Of a stretch of DNA of 64,000 nucleotides, positions 31,601-47,300 are shown one piece after another. The notes under the pieces were generated by a model. It worked only from the letters and a program-made list of their open reading frames with translations, made no database searches and had not been told where the DNA came from. The stretch comes from Eledone cirrhosa (lineage: Eukaryota): NCBI GenBank assembly GCA_964016885.1, contig OZ024740.1, positions 231,074,001-231,138,000 of the forward strand, written 5' to 3'. How positions within the stretch are numbered: the first letter of the stretch is position 1; each line of letters begins with the position of its first letter. A program made the position numbers and the translations under genes.

Positions 31601-34600
31601 AGGACTACTATTACAACCCTACTATAATAGGGGATGTCTCTAAGACTACTATTACAACCCTACTATAATGGGGTATGTCTCTAGGACTACTATTACAACA
31701 CTACTATAATGGGGGATGTCTCTAGGACTACTATTACAACACTACTATAATGGGGGATGTCTCTAGGATTACTATTACAACCCTACTATAATAGGGGATG
31801 ACTCTAGGACTACTATTACTACACTACTATAATGGGAGATGTCTCTAGGACTACTATTACAACCCTACTATAATAGGGGATGTCTCTAGAACTACTATTA
31901 CAACCCTACTATAATGGGAGATGTATCTAGGACTACTATTACAACCCTACTATAATGGAGGATGTCTCTAGGACTACTATTACAACCCTACTATAATGGG
32001 GTATGTCTCTAGGGCTACTATTACAACACTACTATAATGGGAGATGTCTCTAAGACTACTATTACAACCCTACTATAATGGGAGATGTCTCTAGGACTAC
32101 TATTACAACCCTACTATAATGGGAGATGTCTCTAGGGCTACTATTACAACCCTACTATAATGGAGGATGTCTCTAGGACTACTATTACAACCCTACTATA
32201 ATAGGGGATGTCTCTAGGACTACTATTACAACACTACTATAATAGGAGATGTCTCTAGGACTACTATTACAACCCTACTATAATGGGAGATGTCTCTAGG
32301 ACTACTATTACAACCCTACTATAATAGGGGATGTCTCTAGGACTACTATTACAACCCTACTATAATGGGAGATGTCTCTAGGACTACTATTACAACCCTA
32401 CTATAATAGGAGATGTCTCTAGGACTACTATTACAACCCTACTATAATGGAGGATGTCTCTAGGACTACTATTACAACCCTACTATAATGGGAGATGTCT
32501 CTAGGGCTACTATTACAACCCTACTCTAATGGGGGATGTCTCTAGGACTACTATTACAACCCTACTATAATGGGAGATGTCTCTAGGACTATTATTACAA
32601 CCCTACTATAATAGGGGATGTCTCTAGGACTACTATTACAACCCTACTATAATTGGAGATGTCTCTAGGACTACTATTACAACCCTACTATAACGGAGGA
32701 TGTCTCTAGGACTACTATTACAACCCTACTATAATAGGGGATGTCTCTAGGACTACTATTACAACCCTACTATAATGGGAGATGTCTCTAGGACTACTAT
32801 TACAACCCTACTATAATAGGGGATGTCTCTAGGACTACTATTAGAACCCTACTATAATAGGGGATGTCTCTAGGACTACTGTTACAACCCTACTATAATG
32901 GAGGATATCTCTAGGACTACTGTTACAACCCTACTATAATAGGGGATGTCTCTAGGACTACTATTACAACCCTACTATAATAGGGGATGTCTCTAGGACT
33001 ACTATTACAACCCTACTATAATGGGAGATGTCTCTAGGACTACTATTACAACCCTACTATAATAGGGGATGTCTCTAAGACTACTATTACAACCATACTA
33101 TAATAGGGGATATCTCTAGGACTACTGTTACAACCCTACTATAATAGGGCATGTCTCTAGGACTACTATTACAACCCTACTATAATAGGGGATGTCTCTA
33201 GGACTACTATTACAACCATACTATAATAGGGGATATCTCTAGGACTACTGTTACAACCCTACTATAATAGGGCATGTCTCTAGGACTACTATTACAACCC
33301 TACTATAATAGGGGATGTCTCTAGGACTACTATTACAACCCTACTATAATGGGAGATGTCTCTAGGACTACTGTTACAACCCTACTATAATAGGGGATGT
33401 CTCTAGGGCTACTATTACAACCCTACTATAATGGGGGATGTCTCTAGGACTACTATTACAACCCTACTATAATGGGAGATGTCTCTAGGACTACTGTTAC
33501 AACCCTACTATAATAGGGGATGTCTCTAGGGCTACTATTACAACCCTACTATAATGGGGGATGTCTCTAGGACTACAATTACAACCCTACTATAATAGGG
33601 GATGTCTCTAAGACTACTATTACAACCATACTATAATAGGGGATGTCTCTAGGACTACTATTACAACACTACTATAATGGGAGATGTCTCTAGGACTACT
33701 ATTACAACCCTACTATAATAGGGGATGTCCCTAGACCTACTATTACAACCCTATTATAATGGGAGATGTCTCTAGGACTACTATTACAACCCTACTATAA
33801 TGGAGGATGTCTCTAGGACTACTATTACAACCCTACTATAATGGGGTATGTCTCTAGGGCTACTATTACAACCCTACTATAATGGGAGATGTCTCTAGGA
33901 CTACTATTACAACCCTACTATAATGGGGGATATCTCTAGGACTACTATTACAACCCTACTACAATATGGGATGTCTCTAGGACTACTATTACAACCCTAC
34001 TATAATGGGAGATGTCTCTAGGACTACTATTACAACACTACTATAATAGCGGATGTCTCTAGGACTAATATTACAACACTACTATAATGGGAGATGACTC
34101 TAGGACTACTATTACAACCCTACTATAATAGGGGATGTCTCTAGGACTACTATTACAACCCTACTATAATGGGGGATGTCTCTAGGACTACTATTACAAC
34201 CCTACTATAATGGAGGATGTCTCTAGGACTACTATTACAACCCTACTATAATAGGGGATGTCTCTAAGACTACTATTACAACCCTACTATAATGGGGTAT
34301 GTCTCTAGGACTACTATTACAACACTACTATAATGGGGGATGTCTCTAGGACTACTATTACAACACTACTATAATGGGGGATGTCTCTAGGATTACTATT
34401 ACAACCCTACTATAATAGGGGATGACTCTAGGACTACTATTACTACACTACTATAATGGGAGATGTCTCTAGGACTACTATTACAACCCTACTATAATAG
34501 GGGATGTCTCTAGAACTACTATTACAACCCTACTATAATGGGAGATGTATCTAGGACTACTATTACAACCCTACTATAATGGAGGATGTCTCTAGGACTA

Positions 34601-36756
34601 TTATTACAACCCTACTATAATGGGGTATATCTCTAGGGCTACTATTACAACCCTACTATAATGGGGTACGTCTCTAGGGCTACTATTACAGCCCTACTAT
34701 AATGGGGTACGTCTCTAGGACTACTATTACAACCCTACTATAATGGGGGATGTCTCTAGGACTATTATTACAACCCTACTATAATGGGGGATGTCTCTAG
34801 GACTACTATTACAACCCTACTATAATGGGGGATGTCTCTAGGGCTACTATTACAACCCTACTATAATAGGGGATGTCTCTAGGACTACTATTACAACCCT
34901 ACTATAATGGGGGATGTCTCTACGACTACTATTACAACCCTACTATAATGGGGGATATCTCTACGACTACTATTACAACACTACTATAATAGGGGATGTC
35001 TCTAGGACTACTATTACAACACTACTATAATGGGGGATGTCTCTAGGACTACTATTACAACCCTACTATAATAGGGGATGTCTCTAGGACTACTATTACA
35101 ACACTACTATAATGGGAGATGTCTCTAGGACTACTATTACAACCCTACTATAATAGGGGATGTCCCTAGACCTACTATTACAACCCTATTATAATGGGAG
35201 ATGTCTCTAGGACTACTATTACAACCCTACTATAATGGAGGATGTCTCTAGGACTACTATTACAACCCTACTATAATGGGGTATGTCTCTAGGGCTACTA
35301 TTACAACCCTACTATAATGGGAGATGTCTCTAGGACTACTATTACAACCCTACTATAATGGGGGATATCTCTAGGACTACTATTACAACCCTACTACAAT
35401 ATGGGATGTCTCTAGGACTACTATTACAACCCTACTATAATGGGAGATGTCTCTAGGACTACTATTACAACACTACTATAATAGGTGATGTCTCTAGGAC
35501 TAATATTACAACCCTACTATAATGGGAGATGACTCTAGGACTACTATTACAACCCTACTATAATAGGGGATGTCTCTAGGACTACTATTACAACCCTACT
35601 ATAATGGGGGATGTCTCTAGGACTACTATTACAACCCTACTATAATGGAGGATGTCTCTAGGACTACTATTACAACCCTACTATAATAGGGGATGTCTCT
35701 AAGACTACTATTACAACCCTACTATAATGGGGTATGTCTCTAGGACTACTATTACAACACTACTATAATGGGGGATGTCTCTAGGACTACTATTACAACA
35801 CTACTATAATGGGGGATGTCTCTAGGATTACTATTACAACCCTACTATAATAGGGGATGACTCTAGGACTACTATTACTACACTACTATAATGGGAGATG
35901 TCTCTAGGACTACTATTACAACCCTACTATAATAGGGGATGTCTCTAGAACTACTATTACAACCCTACTATAATGGGAGATGTATCTAGGACTACTATTA
36001 CAACCCTACTATAATGGAGGATGTCTCTAGGACTACTATTACAACCCTACTATAATGGGGTATGTCTCTAGGGCTACTATTACAACACTACTATAATGGG
36101 AGATGTCTCTAAGACTACTATTACAACCCTACTATAATGGGAGATGTCTCTAGGACTACTATTACAACCCTACTATAATGGGAGATGTCTCTAGGGCTAC
36201 TATTACAACCCTACTATAATGGAGGATGTCTCTAGGACTACTATTACAACCCTACTATAATAGGGGATGTCTCTAGGACTACTATTACAACCCTACTATA
36301 ATGGGGGATGTCTCTAGAACTACTATTACAACCCTACTATAATGGGGTATATCTCTAGGACTACTATTACAACACTACTATAATAGGGGATGTCTCTAGG
36401 ACTACTATTACAACCCTACTATAATGGGGTATGTCTCTAGGGCTACTATTATAATCCTACTATAATGAGGTATGTCTCTAGGGCTACTATTACAGCCCTA
36501 CTATAATGGGGGATATCTCTTGGACTACTGTTACAACCCTACTATAATAGGGGATGTCTCTAGGACTACTATTACAACCCTACTATAATGGGAGATGTCT
36601 CTAGGACTACTATTACAACACTACTATAATAGGAGATGTCTCTAGGACTACTATTACAACCCTACTATAATGGGAGATGTCTCTAGGACTACTATTACAA
36701 CCCTACTATAATAGGGGATGTCTCTAGGACTACTATTACAACCCTACTATAATGGG
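16640..36756. repeat. Tandem duplication of a ~10.3-kb block (251 monomers); the second copy is 12 monomers shorter
   Basis: Marker offsets are 10291 (16659/26950, 18329/28620, 19541/29832), then 10127 (AGCGG 19862/29989), then 9799 (ATTAGAACCC 23041/32840, ATAATCC 26652/36451). Confidence 0.88.
19020..26952. repeat. Nested duplication, ~19020-22565 vs ~23407-26952 (offset 4387 bp = 107 monomers), itself containing a 35-monomer repeat
   Basis: GTCCCTAGACC at 19541/23928 and 20976/25363; AGGGC at 19083/23470; ATAATCC at 22265/26652. 20976-19541=1435=35x41. Confidence 0.82.
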
Positions 36757-36838
36757 AGATGTCTCTAGGACTACTATTACAACCCTACTATAATAGGAGA
36801 TGTCTCTAGGACTACTATTACAACCCTACTATAATGGA

Positions 36839-39800
36839 GGATGTCTCTAGGACTACTATTACAACCCTACTATAATGGGAGATGTCTCTAGGGCTACTAT
36901 TACAACCCTACTCTAATGGGGGATGTCTCTAGGACTACTATTACAACCCTACTATAATGGGAGATGTCTCTAGGACTATTATTACAACCCTACTATAATA
37001 GGGGATGTCTCTAGGACTACTATTACAACCCTACTATAATTGGAGATGTCTCTAGGACTACTATTACAACCCTACTATAACGGAGGATGTCTCTAGGACT
37101 ACTATTACAACCCTACTATAATAGGGGATGTCTCTAGGACTACTATTACAACCCTACTATAATGGGAGATGTCTCTAGGACTACTATTACAACCCTACTA
37201 TAATAGGGGATGTCTCTAGGACTACTATTACAACCCTACTATAATAGGGGATGTCTCTAGGACTACTGTTACAACCCTACTATAATGGAGGATATCTCTA
37301 GGACTACTGTTACAACCCTACTATAATAGGGGATGTCTCTAGGACTACTATTACAACCCTACTATAATAGGGGATGTCTCTAGGACTACTATTACAACCC
37401 TACTATAATGGGAGATGTCTCTAGGACTACTATTACAACCCTACTATAATAGGGGATGTCTCTAAGACTACTATTACAACCATACTATAATAGGGGATAT
37501 CTCTAGGACTACTGTTACAACCCTACTATAATAGGGCATGTCTCTAGGACTACTATTACAACCCTACTATAATAGGGGATGTCTCTAGGACTACTATTAC
37601 AACCCTACTATAATGGGAGATGTCTCTAGGACTACTGTTACAACCCTACTATAATAGGGGATGTCTCTAGGGCTACTATTACAACCCTACTATAATGGGG
37701 GATGTCTCTAGGACTACAATTACAACCCTACTATAATAGGGGATGTCTCTAAGACTACTATTACAACCATACTATAATAGGGGATATCTCTAGGACTACT
37801 ATTACAACCCTACTATAATGGCGGATGTCTCTAGGACTACTATTACAACCCTACTATAATGGGGTATGTCTCTAGGGCTACTATTACAACCCTACTATAA
37901 TGGGAGATGTCTCTAGGACTACTATTACAACACTACTATAATAGGGGATGTCTCTAGGACTACTATTACAACCCTACTATAATAGGGGATGTCTCTAGGA
38001 CTACTGTTACAACCCTACTATAATGGAGGATATCTCTAGGACTACTGTTACAACCCTACTATAATGGAGGATATCACTAGGACTACTATTACAACCCTAC
38101 TATAATGGGAAATGTCTCTAGGATTACTATTACAACCCTACTATAATGGAGGATGTCTCTAGGACTACTATTACAACCCTACTATAATGGGAGATGTCTA
38201 TAGGACTACTATTACAACCCTACTATAATAGGGGATGTCTCTAGGACTACTATTACAACCCTACTATAATAGGGGATGTCTCTAGGACTACTATTACAAC
38301 CCTACTATAATGGGAGATGTCTCTAGGACTACTATTACAACCCTACTATAATGGGGTATGTCTCTAGGACTACTATTACAACACTACTATAATGGGGGAT
38401 GTCTCTAGGACTACTATTACAACACTACTATAATGGGGGATGTCTCTAGGATTACTATTACAACCCTACTATAATAGGGGATGTCTCTAGGACTACTATT
38501 ACTACACTACTATAATGGGAGATGTCTCTAGGACTACTATTACAACCCTACTATAATAGGGGATGTCTCTAGGACTACTATTACAACCCTACTATAATAG
38601 GGGATGTCTCTAGAACTACTATTACAACCCTACTATAATAGGGGATGTCTCTAGAACTACTATTACAACCCTACTATAATAGGGGATGTCTCTAGGACTA
38701 CTATTACAACCCTACTATAATAGGGGATGTCTCTAGGACTATTATTACTACCCTACTATAATGGGGGATATCTCTAGGACTACTATTACAACCCTACTAT
38801 AATGGGAGATGTCTCTAGGACTACCATTACAACCCTACTATAATAAGGGATGTCTCTAGGACTATTATTACAACCCTACTATAATGGGGTATATCTCTAG
38901 GGCTACTATTACAACCCTACTATAATGGGGTACGTCTCTAGGGCTACTATTACAGCCCTACTATAATGGGGTACGTCTCTAGGACTACTATTACAACCCT
39001 ACTATAATGGGGTATGTCTCTAGGACTACTATTACAACCCTACTATAATGGGGGATGTCTCTAGGACTATTATTACAACCCTACTATAATGGGGGATGTC
39101 TCTAGGACTACTATTACAACCCTACTATAATGGGAGATGTCTCTAGGGCTACTATTACAACCCTACTCTAATGGGGGATGTCTCTAGGACTACTATTACA
39201 ACCCTACTATAATGGGAGATGTCTCTAGGACTATTATTACAACCCTACTATAATAGGGGATGTCTCTAGGACTACTATTACAACCCTACTATAATTGGAG
39301 ATGTCTCTAGGACTACTATTACAACCCTACTATAACGGAGGATGTCTCTAGGACTACTATTACAACCCTACTATAATAGGGGATGTCTCTAGGACTACTA
39401 TTACAACCCTACTATAATGGGAGATGTCTCTAGGACTACTATTACAACCCTACTATAATAGGGGATGTCTCTAGGACTACTATTACAACCCTACTATAAT
39501 AGGGGATGTCTCTAGGACTACTGTTACAACCCTACTATAATGGAGGATATCTCTAGGACTACTGTTACAACCCTACTATAATAGGGGATGTCTCTAGGAC
39601 TACTATTACAACCCTACTATAATAGGGGATGTCTCTAGGACTACTATTACAACCCTACTATAATGGGAGATGTCTCTAGGACTACTATTACAACCCTACT
39701 ATAATAGGGGATGTCTCTAAGACTACTATTACAACCATACTATAATAGGGGATATCTCTAGGACTACTGTTACAACCCTACTATAATAGGGCATGTCTCT

Positions 39801-41388
39801 AGGACTACTATTACAACCCTACTATAATAGGGGATGTCTCTAGGACTACTATTACAACCCTACTATAATGGGAGATGTCTCTAGGACTACTGTTACAACC
39901 CTACTATAATAGGGGATGTCTCTAGGGCTACTATTACAACCCTACTATAATGGGGGATGTCTCTAGGACTACAATTACAACCCTACTATAATAGGGGATG
40001 TCTCTAAGACTACTATTACAACCATACTATAATAGGGGATATCTCTAGGACTACTATTACAACCCTACTATAATGGCGGATGTCTCTAGGACTACTATTA
40101 CAACCCTACTATAATGGGGTATGTCTCTAGGGCTACTATTACAACCCTACTATAATGGGAGATGTCTCTAGGACTACTATTACAACACTACTATAATAGG
40201 GGATGTCTCTAGGACTACTATTACAACCCTACTATAATAGGGGATGTCTCTAGGACTACTGTTACAACCCTACTATAATGGAGGATATCTCTAGGACTAC
40301 TGTTACAACCCTACTATAATGGAGGATATCACTAGGACTACTATTACAACCCTACTATAATGGGAAATGTCTCTAGGATTACTATTACAACCCTACTATA
40401 ATGGAGGATGTCTCTAGGACTACTATTACAACCCTACTATAATGGGAGATGTCTATAGGACTACTATTACAACCCTACTATAATAGGGGATGTCTCTAGG
40501 ACTACTATTACAACCCTACTATAATAGGGGATGTCTCTAGGACTACTATTACAACCCTACTATAATGGGAGATGTCTCTAGGACTACTATTACAACCCTA
40601 CTATAATGGGGTATGTCTCTAGGACTACTATTACAACACTACTATAATGGGGGATGTCTCTAGGACTACTATTACAACACTACTATAATGGGGGATGTCT
40701 CTAGGATTACTATTACAACCCTACTATAATAGGGGATGTCTCTAGGACTACTATTACTACACTACTATAATGGGAGATGTCTCTAGGACTACTATTACAA
40801 CCCTACTATAATAGGGGATGTCTCTAGGACTACTATTACAACCCTACTATAATAGGGGATGTCTCTAGAACTACTATTACAACCCTACTATAATAGGGGA
40901 TGTCTCTAGAACTACTATTACAACCCTACTATAATAGGGGATGTCTCTAGGACTACTATTACAACCCTACTATAATAGGGGATGTCTCTAGGACTATTAT
41001 TACTACCCTACTATAATGGGGGATATCTCTAGGACTACTATTACAACCCTACTATAATGGGAGATGTCTCTAGGACTACCATTACAACCCTACTATAATA
41101 AGGGATGTCTCTAGGACTATTATTACAACCCTACTATAATGGGGTATATCTCTAGGGCTACTATTACAACCCTACTATAATGGGGTACGTCTCTAGGGCT
41201 ACTATTACAGCCCTACTATAATGGGGTACGTCTCTAGGACTACTATTACAACCCTACTATAATGGGGTATGTCTCTAGGACTACTATTACAACCCTACTA
41301 TAATGGGGGATGTCTCTAGGACTATTATTACAACCCTACTATAATGGGGGATGTCTCTAGGACTACTATTACAACCCTACTATAATGG
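36839..41388. repeat. Tandem duplication with a 2255-bp (55-monomer) period
   Basis: Rare AAGGG head at 38845/41100; CTCTAAT at 36911/39166; same ordered series of variant units. Confidence 0.88.
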
Positions 41389-44300
41389 GGGATGTCTCTA
41401 GGGCTACTATTACAACCCTACTATAATAGGGGATGTCTCTAGGACTACTATTACAACCCTACTATAATGGGGGATGTCTCTACGACTACTATTACAACCC
41501 TACTATAATGGGGGATATCTCTACGACTACTATTACAACACTACTATAATAGGGGATGTCTCTAGGACTACTATTACAACACTACTATAATGGGGGATGT
41601 CTCTAGGACTACTATTACAACCCTACTATAATAGGGGATGTCTCTAGGACTACTATTACAACACTACTATAATGGGAGATGTCTCTAGGACTACTATTAC
41701 AACCCTACTATAATAGGGGATGTCCCTAGACCTACTATTACAACCCTATTATAATGGGAGATGTCTCTAGGACTACTATTACAACACTACTATAATGGAG
41801 GATGTCTCTAGGACTACTATTACAACCCTACTATAATGGGGTATGTCTCTAGGGCTACTATTACAACCCTACTATAATGGGAGATGTCTCTAGGACTACT
41901 ATTACAACCCTACTATAATGGGGGATATCTCTAGGACTACTATTACAACCCTACTACAATATGGGATGTCTCTAGGACTACTATTACAACCCTACTATAA
42001 TGGGAGATGTCTCTAGGACTACTATTACAACCCTACTATAATGGGGTATGTCTCTAGGACTACTATTACAACCGTACTATAATGGAGGATATCTCTAGGA
42101 CTACTGTTACAACCCTACTATAATAGGGGATGTCTCTAGGACTACTATTACAACCCTACTATAATGGGAGATGTCTCTAGGACTACTATTACAACAATTC
42201 TATAATAGGGGATGTCTCTAGGACTACTATTACAACCCTACTATAATGGAGGATATATCTAGGACTACTGTTACAACCCTACTATAATAGGGGCTGTCTG
42301 TAGGACTACTATTACAACCCTACTATAATGGGAAATGTCTCTAGGACTACTATTACAACCCTACTATAATGGGGGATATCTCTAGGACTACTATTACAAC
42401 CCTACTATAATAGGGGATGTCTCTAGGACTACTATTACAACCCTACTATAATGGAGGATGTCTCTAGGACTACTATTACAACCCTACTATAATGGAGGAT
42501 GTCTCTAGGATTACTATACAACCCTACTATAATGGGGTATGTCTCTAGGGCTACTATTACAACCCTACTATAATGGGAGATGTCTCTAGGACTACTATTA
42601 CAACACTACTATAATGGGGGATGTCTCTAGGACTACTATTACAACCCTACTATAATAGGGGATGTCTCTAGGACTACTATTACAACCCTACTATAATGGG
42701 GTATGTCTCTAGGGCTACTATTATAACCCTACTATAATGAGGTATGTCTCTAGGGCTACTATTACAGCCCTACTATAATGGGGTATGTCTCTAGGACTAC
42801 TATTACAACCCTACTATAATAGGGGATGTCTCTAGGACTATTATTACTACCCTACTATAATGGGGGATATCTCTAGGACTACCATTACAACCCTACTATA
42901 ATAGGGGATGTCTCTAGGACTATTATTACAACCCTACTATAATGGGGTATATCTCTAGGGCTACTATTACAACCCTACTATAATGGGGTACGTCTCTCGG
43001 GCTACTATTACAGCCCTACTATAATGGGGCATGTCTCTAGGACTACTATTACAACCCTACTATAATGGGGTATGTCTCTAGGACTACTATTACAACCCTA
43101 CTATAATAGGGGATGTCTCTAGGACTACTATTACAACCCTACTATAATGGAGGATGTCTCTAGGACTACTATTAGAACCCTACTATAATGGAGGATGTCT
43201 CTAGGACTACTATTACAACCCTTCTATAATAGGGGATGTCTCTAGGACTACCATTACAACACTACTATAATGGGGGATGTCTCTAGGACTACTATTACAA
43301 CCCTACTATAATGGGAGATGTCTCTAGGACTACTATTACAACCCTACTATAATAGGGGATGTCTCTAGGACTATTATTACAACCCTACTATAATGGGGTA
43401 TGTCTCTAGGGCTACTATTACAACCCTACTATAATGGGGTATGTCTCTAGGGCTACTATTACGGCCCTACTATATTAGGGGATGTCAGTAGGACTACTAT
43501 TACAACCCTACTATAATGGGGGATGTCTCTAGGACTACTATTACAACCCTACTATAATGGAGGATGTCTCTAGGACTACTATTACAACCCTACTATAATG
43601 GGGGATGTCTCTAGGACTATTATTACAACCCTACTATAATGGAGGATGTCTCTAGGACTACTATTACAACCCTACTATAATGGGGGATGTCTCTAGGACT
43701 ATTATTACAACCCTACTATAATGGGGGATGTCTCTAGGACTACTATTACAACCCTACTATAATGGGGGATGTCTCTAGGGCTACTATTACAACCCTACTA
43801 TAATAGGGGATGTCTCTTGGACTACTATTACAACCCTACTATAATGGAGGATATCTCTAGGACTACTATTACAACACTACTATAATAGGGGATGTCTCTA
43901 GGACTACTATTACAACACTACTATAATGGGGGATGTCCGTAGGATTACTATTACAACCCTACTATAATAGGGGATGTCTCTAGGACTACTATTACTACAC
44001 TACTATAATGGGAGATATCTCTAGGACTACTATTACAACCCTACTATAATAGGGGATGTCTCTAGAACTACTATTACAACCCTACTATAATGGGAGATGT
44101 CTCTAGGACTACTATTACAACCCTACTATAATGGAGGATGTCTCTAGGACTACTATTACAACCCTACTATAATGGGGTATGTCTCTAGGGCTACTATTAC
44201 AACCCTACTATAATGGGAGATGTCTCTAGGACTACTATTACAACCCTACTATAATGGGGGATATCTCGAGGACTACTATTACAACCCTACTATAATAGGG

Positions 44301-47300
44301 GATGTCTCTAGGACTACTATTACAACCCTACTATAATGGGAGATGTCTCTAGGACTACTATTAAAACCCTACTATAATAGGGGATGTCTCTAGGACTACT
44401 ATTACAACCCTACTATAATAGGGAATGTCTCTAGGACTACTATTACAACCCTACTATAATGGAGGATGTTTCTAGGACTACTATTACAACCCTACTATAA
44501 TGGAGGATGTCTCTAGGACTACTATACAACCCTACTATAATGGGGTATGTCTCTAGGGCTACTATTACAACCCTACTATAATGGGAGATGTCTCTAAGAC
44601 TACTATTACAACCCTACTATAATGGGAGATGTCTCTAGGACTACTATTACAACCCTACTATAATGGGGTATGTCTCTAGGACTACTATTACAACCCTACT
44701 ATAATGGGGGATGTCTCTAGGACTACTATTACAACCCTACTATAATGGGAGATGTCTCTAGGGCTACTATTACAAACCTACTATAATGGAGGATGTCTCT
44801 AGGACTACTATTACAACCCTACTATAATAGGGGATGTCTCTAGGACTACTATTACAACCCTACTATAATGGGGGATGTCTGTAGAACTACTATTACAACC
44901 CTACTATAATGGGGTATGTCTCTAGGACTACTATTACAACACTACTATAATGGGGGATGTCTCTAGGACTACTATTACAACCCTACTATAATAGGGGATG
45001 TCTCTAGGACTACTATTACAACCCTACTATAATGGGGTATGTCTCTAGGGTTACTATTATAACCCTACTATAATGAGGTATGTCTCTAGGGCTACTATTA
45101 CAGCCCTACTATAATGGGGTATGTCTCTAGGACTACTATTACAACCCTACTATAATAGGGGATGTCTCTAGGACTATTATTACTACCCTACTATAATGGC
45201 GGATATCTCTAGGACTACTATTACAACCCTACTATAATGGGGTATGTCTCTAGGACTACTATTACAACCCTACTATAATGGGGTATGTCTCTAGGACTAC
45301 TATTACAACCCTACTATAATGGGGGATGTCTCTAGGACTATTATTACAACCCTACTATAATGGGGGATGTCTCTAGGACTACTATTACAACCCTACTATA
45401 ATGGGGGATGTCTCTAGGGCTACTATTACAACCCTACTATAATAGGGGATGTCTCTAGGACTACTATTACAACCCTACTATAATGGGGGATGTCTCTACG
45501 ACTACTATTACAACCCTACTATAATGGGGGATATCTCTAGGACTACTATTACAACACTACTATAATGGGGGATGTCTCTAGGACTACTATTACAACCCTA
45601 CTATAATAGGGGATGTCTCTAGGACTACTATTACAACACTACTATAATGGGAGATGTCTCTAGGACTACTATTACAACCCTACTATAATAGGGGATGTCC
45701 CTAGAACTACTATTACAACCCTATTATAATGGGAGATGTCTCTAGGACTACTATTACAACCCTACTATAATGGAGGATGTCTCTAGGACTACTATTACAA
45801 CCCTACTATAATGGGGTATGTCTCTAGGGCTACTATTACAACCCTACTATAATGGGAGATGTCTCTAGGACTACTATTACAACCCTACTATAATGGGGGA
45901 TATCTCTAGGACTACTATTACAATCCTACTATAATGGGGTATGTCTCTAGGACTACTATTACAACCGTACTATAATGGAGGATATCTCTAGGACTACTGT
46001 TACAACCCTACTATAATAGGGGATGTCTCTAGGACTACTATTACAACCCTACTATAATGGGAGATGTCTCTAGAACTACTATTACAACAATTCTATAATA
46101 GGGGATGTCTCTAGGACTACTATTACAACCCTACTATAATGGAGGATATATCTAGGACTACTGTTACAACCCTACTATAATAGGGGATGTCTCTAGGACT
46201 ACTATTACAACCCTACTATAATGGGAAATGTCTCTAGGACTACTATTACAACCCTACTATAATGGGGGATATCTCTAGGACTACTATTACAACCCTACTA
46301 TAATAGGGGATGTCTCTAGGACTACTATTACAACCCTACTATAATGGAGGATGTCTCTAGGATTACTATACAACCCTACTATAATGGGGTATGTCTCTAG
46401 GGCTACTATTACAACCCTACTATAATGGGAGATGTCTCTAGGACTACTATTACAACACTACTATAATGGGGGATGTCTCTAGGACTACTATTACAACCCT
46501 ACTATAATAGGGGATGTCTCTAGGACTACTATTACAACCCTACTATAATGGGAGATGTCTCTAGGGCTACTATTATAACCCTACTATAATGAGGTATGTC
46601 TCTAGGACTATTATTACAGCCCTACTATAATAGGGGATGTCTCTAGGACTATTATTACTACCCTACTATAATGGGGGATATCTCTAGGACTACTATTACA
46701 ACCCTACTATAATGGGGTATGTCTCTAGGACTACTATTACAACCCTACTATAATGGGGTATGTCTCTAGGACTACTATTACAACCCTACTATAATGGGGG
46801 ATGTCTCTAGGACTATTATTACAACCCTACTATAATGGGGGATGTCTCTAGGACTACTATTACAACCCTACTATAATGGGGGATGTCTCTAGGGCTACTA
46901 TTACAACCCTACTATAATAGGGGATGTCTCTAGGACTACTATTACAACCCTACTATAATGGGGGATGTCTCTACGACTACTATTACAACCCTACTATAAT
47001 GGGGGATATCTCTAGGACTACTATTACAACCCTACTATAATGGGAAATGTCTCTAGGATTACTATTACAACCCTACTATAATGGAGGATGTCTCTAGGAC
47101 TACTATTACAACCCTACTATAATGGGAGATGTCTATAGGACTACTATTACAACCCTACTATAATAGGGGATGTCTCTAGGACTACTATTACAACCCTACT
47201 ATAATAGGGGATGTCTCTAGGACTACTATTACAACCCTACTATAATGGGAGATGTCTCTAGGACTACTATTACAACCCTACTATAATGGGGTATGTCTCT

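Larger units (their letters stand above)
4441..42488. repeat. Central register-conserved core, 928 monomers with no net indel
   Basis: Monomer starts fall exactly at 4441+2460k (6901, 9361, 11821 ... 38881, 41341). The first subsequent indel is in the 40-bp unit at 42489. Confidence 0.9.
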
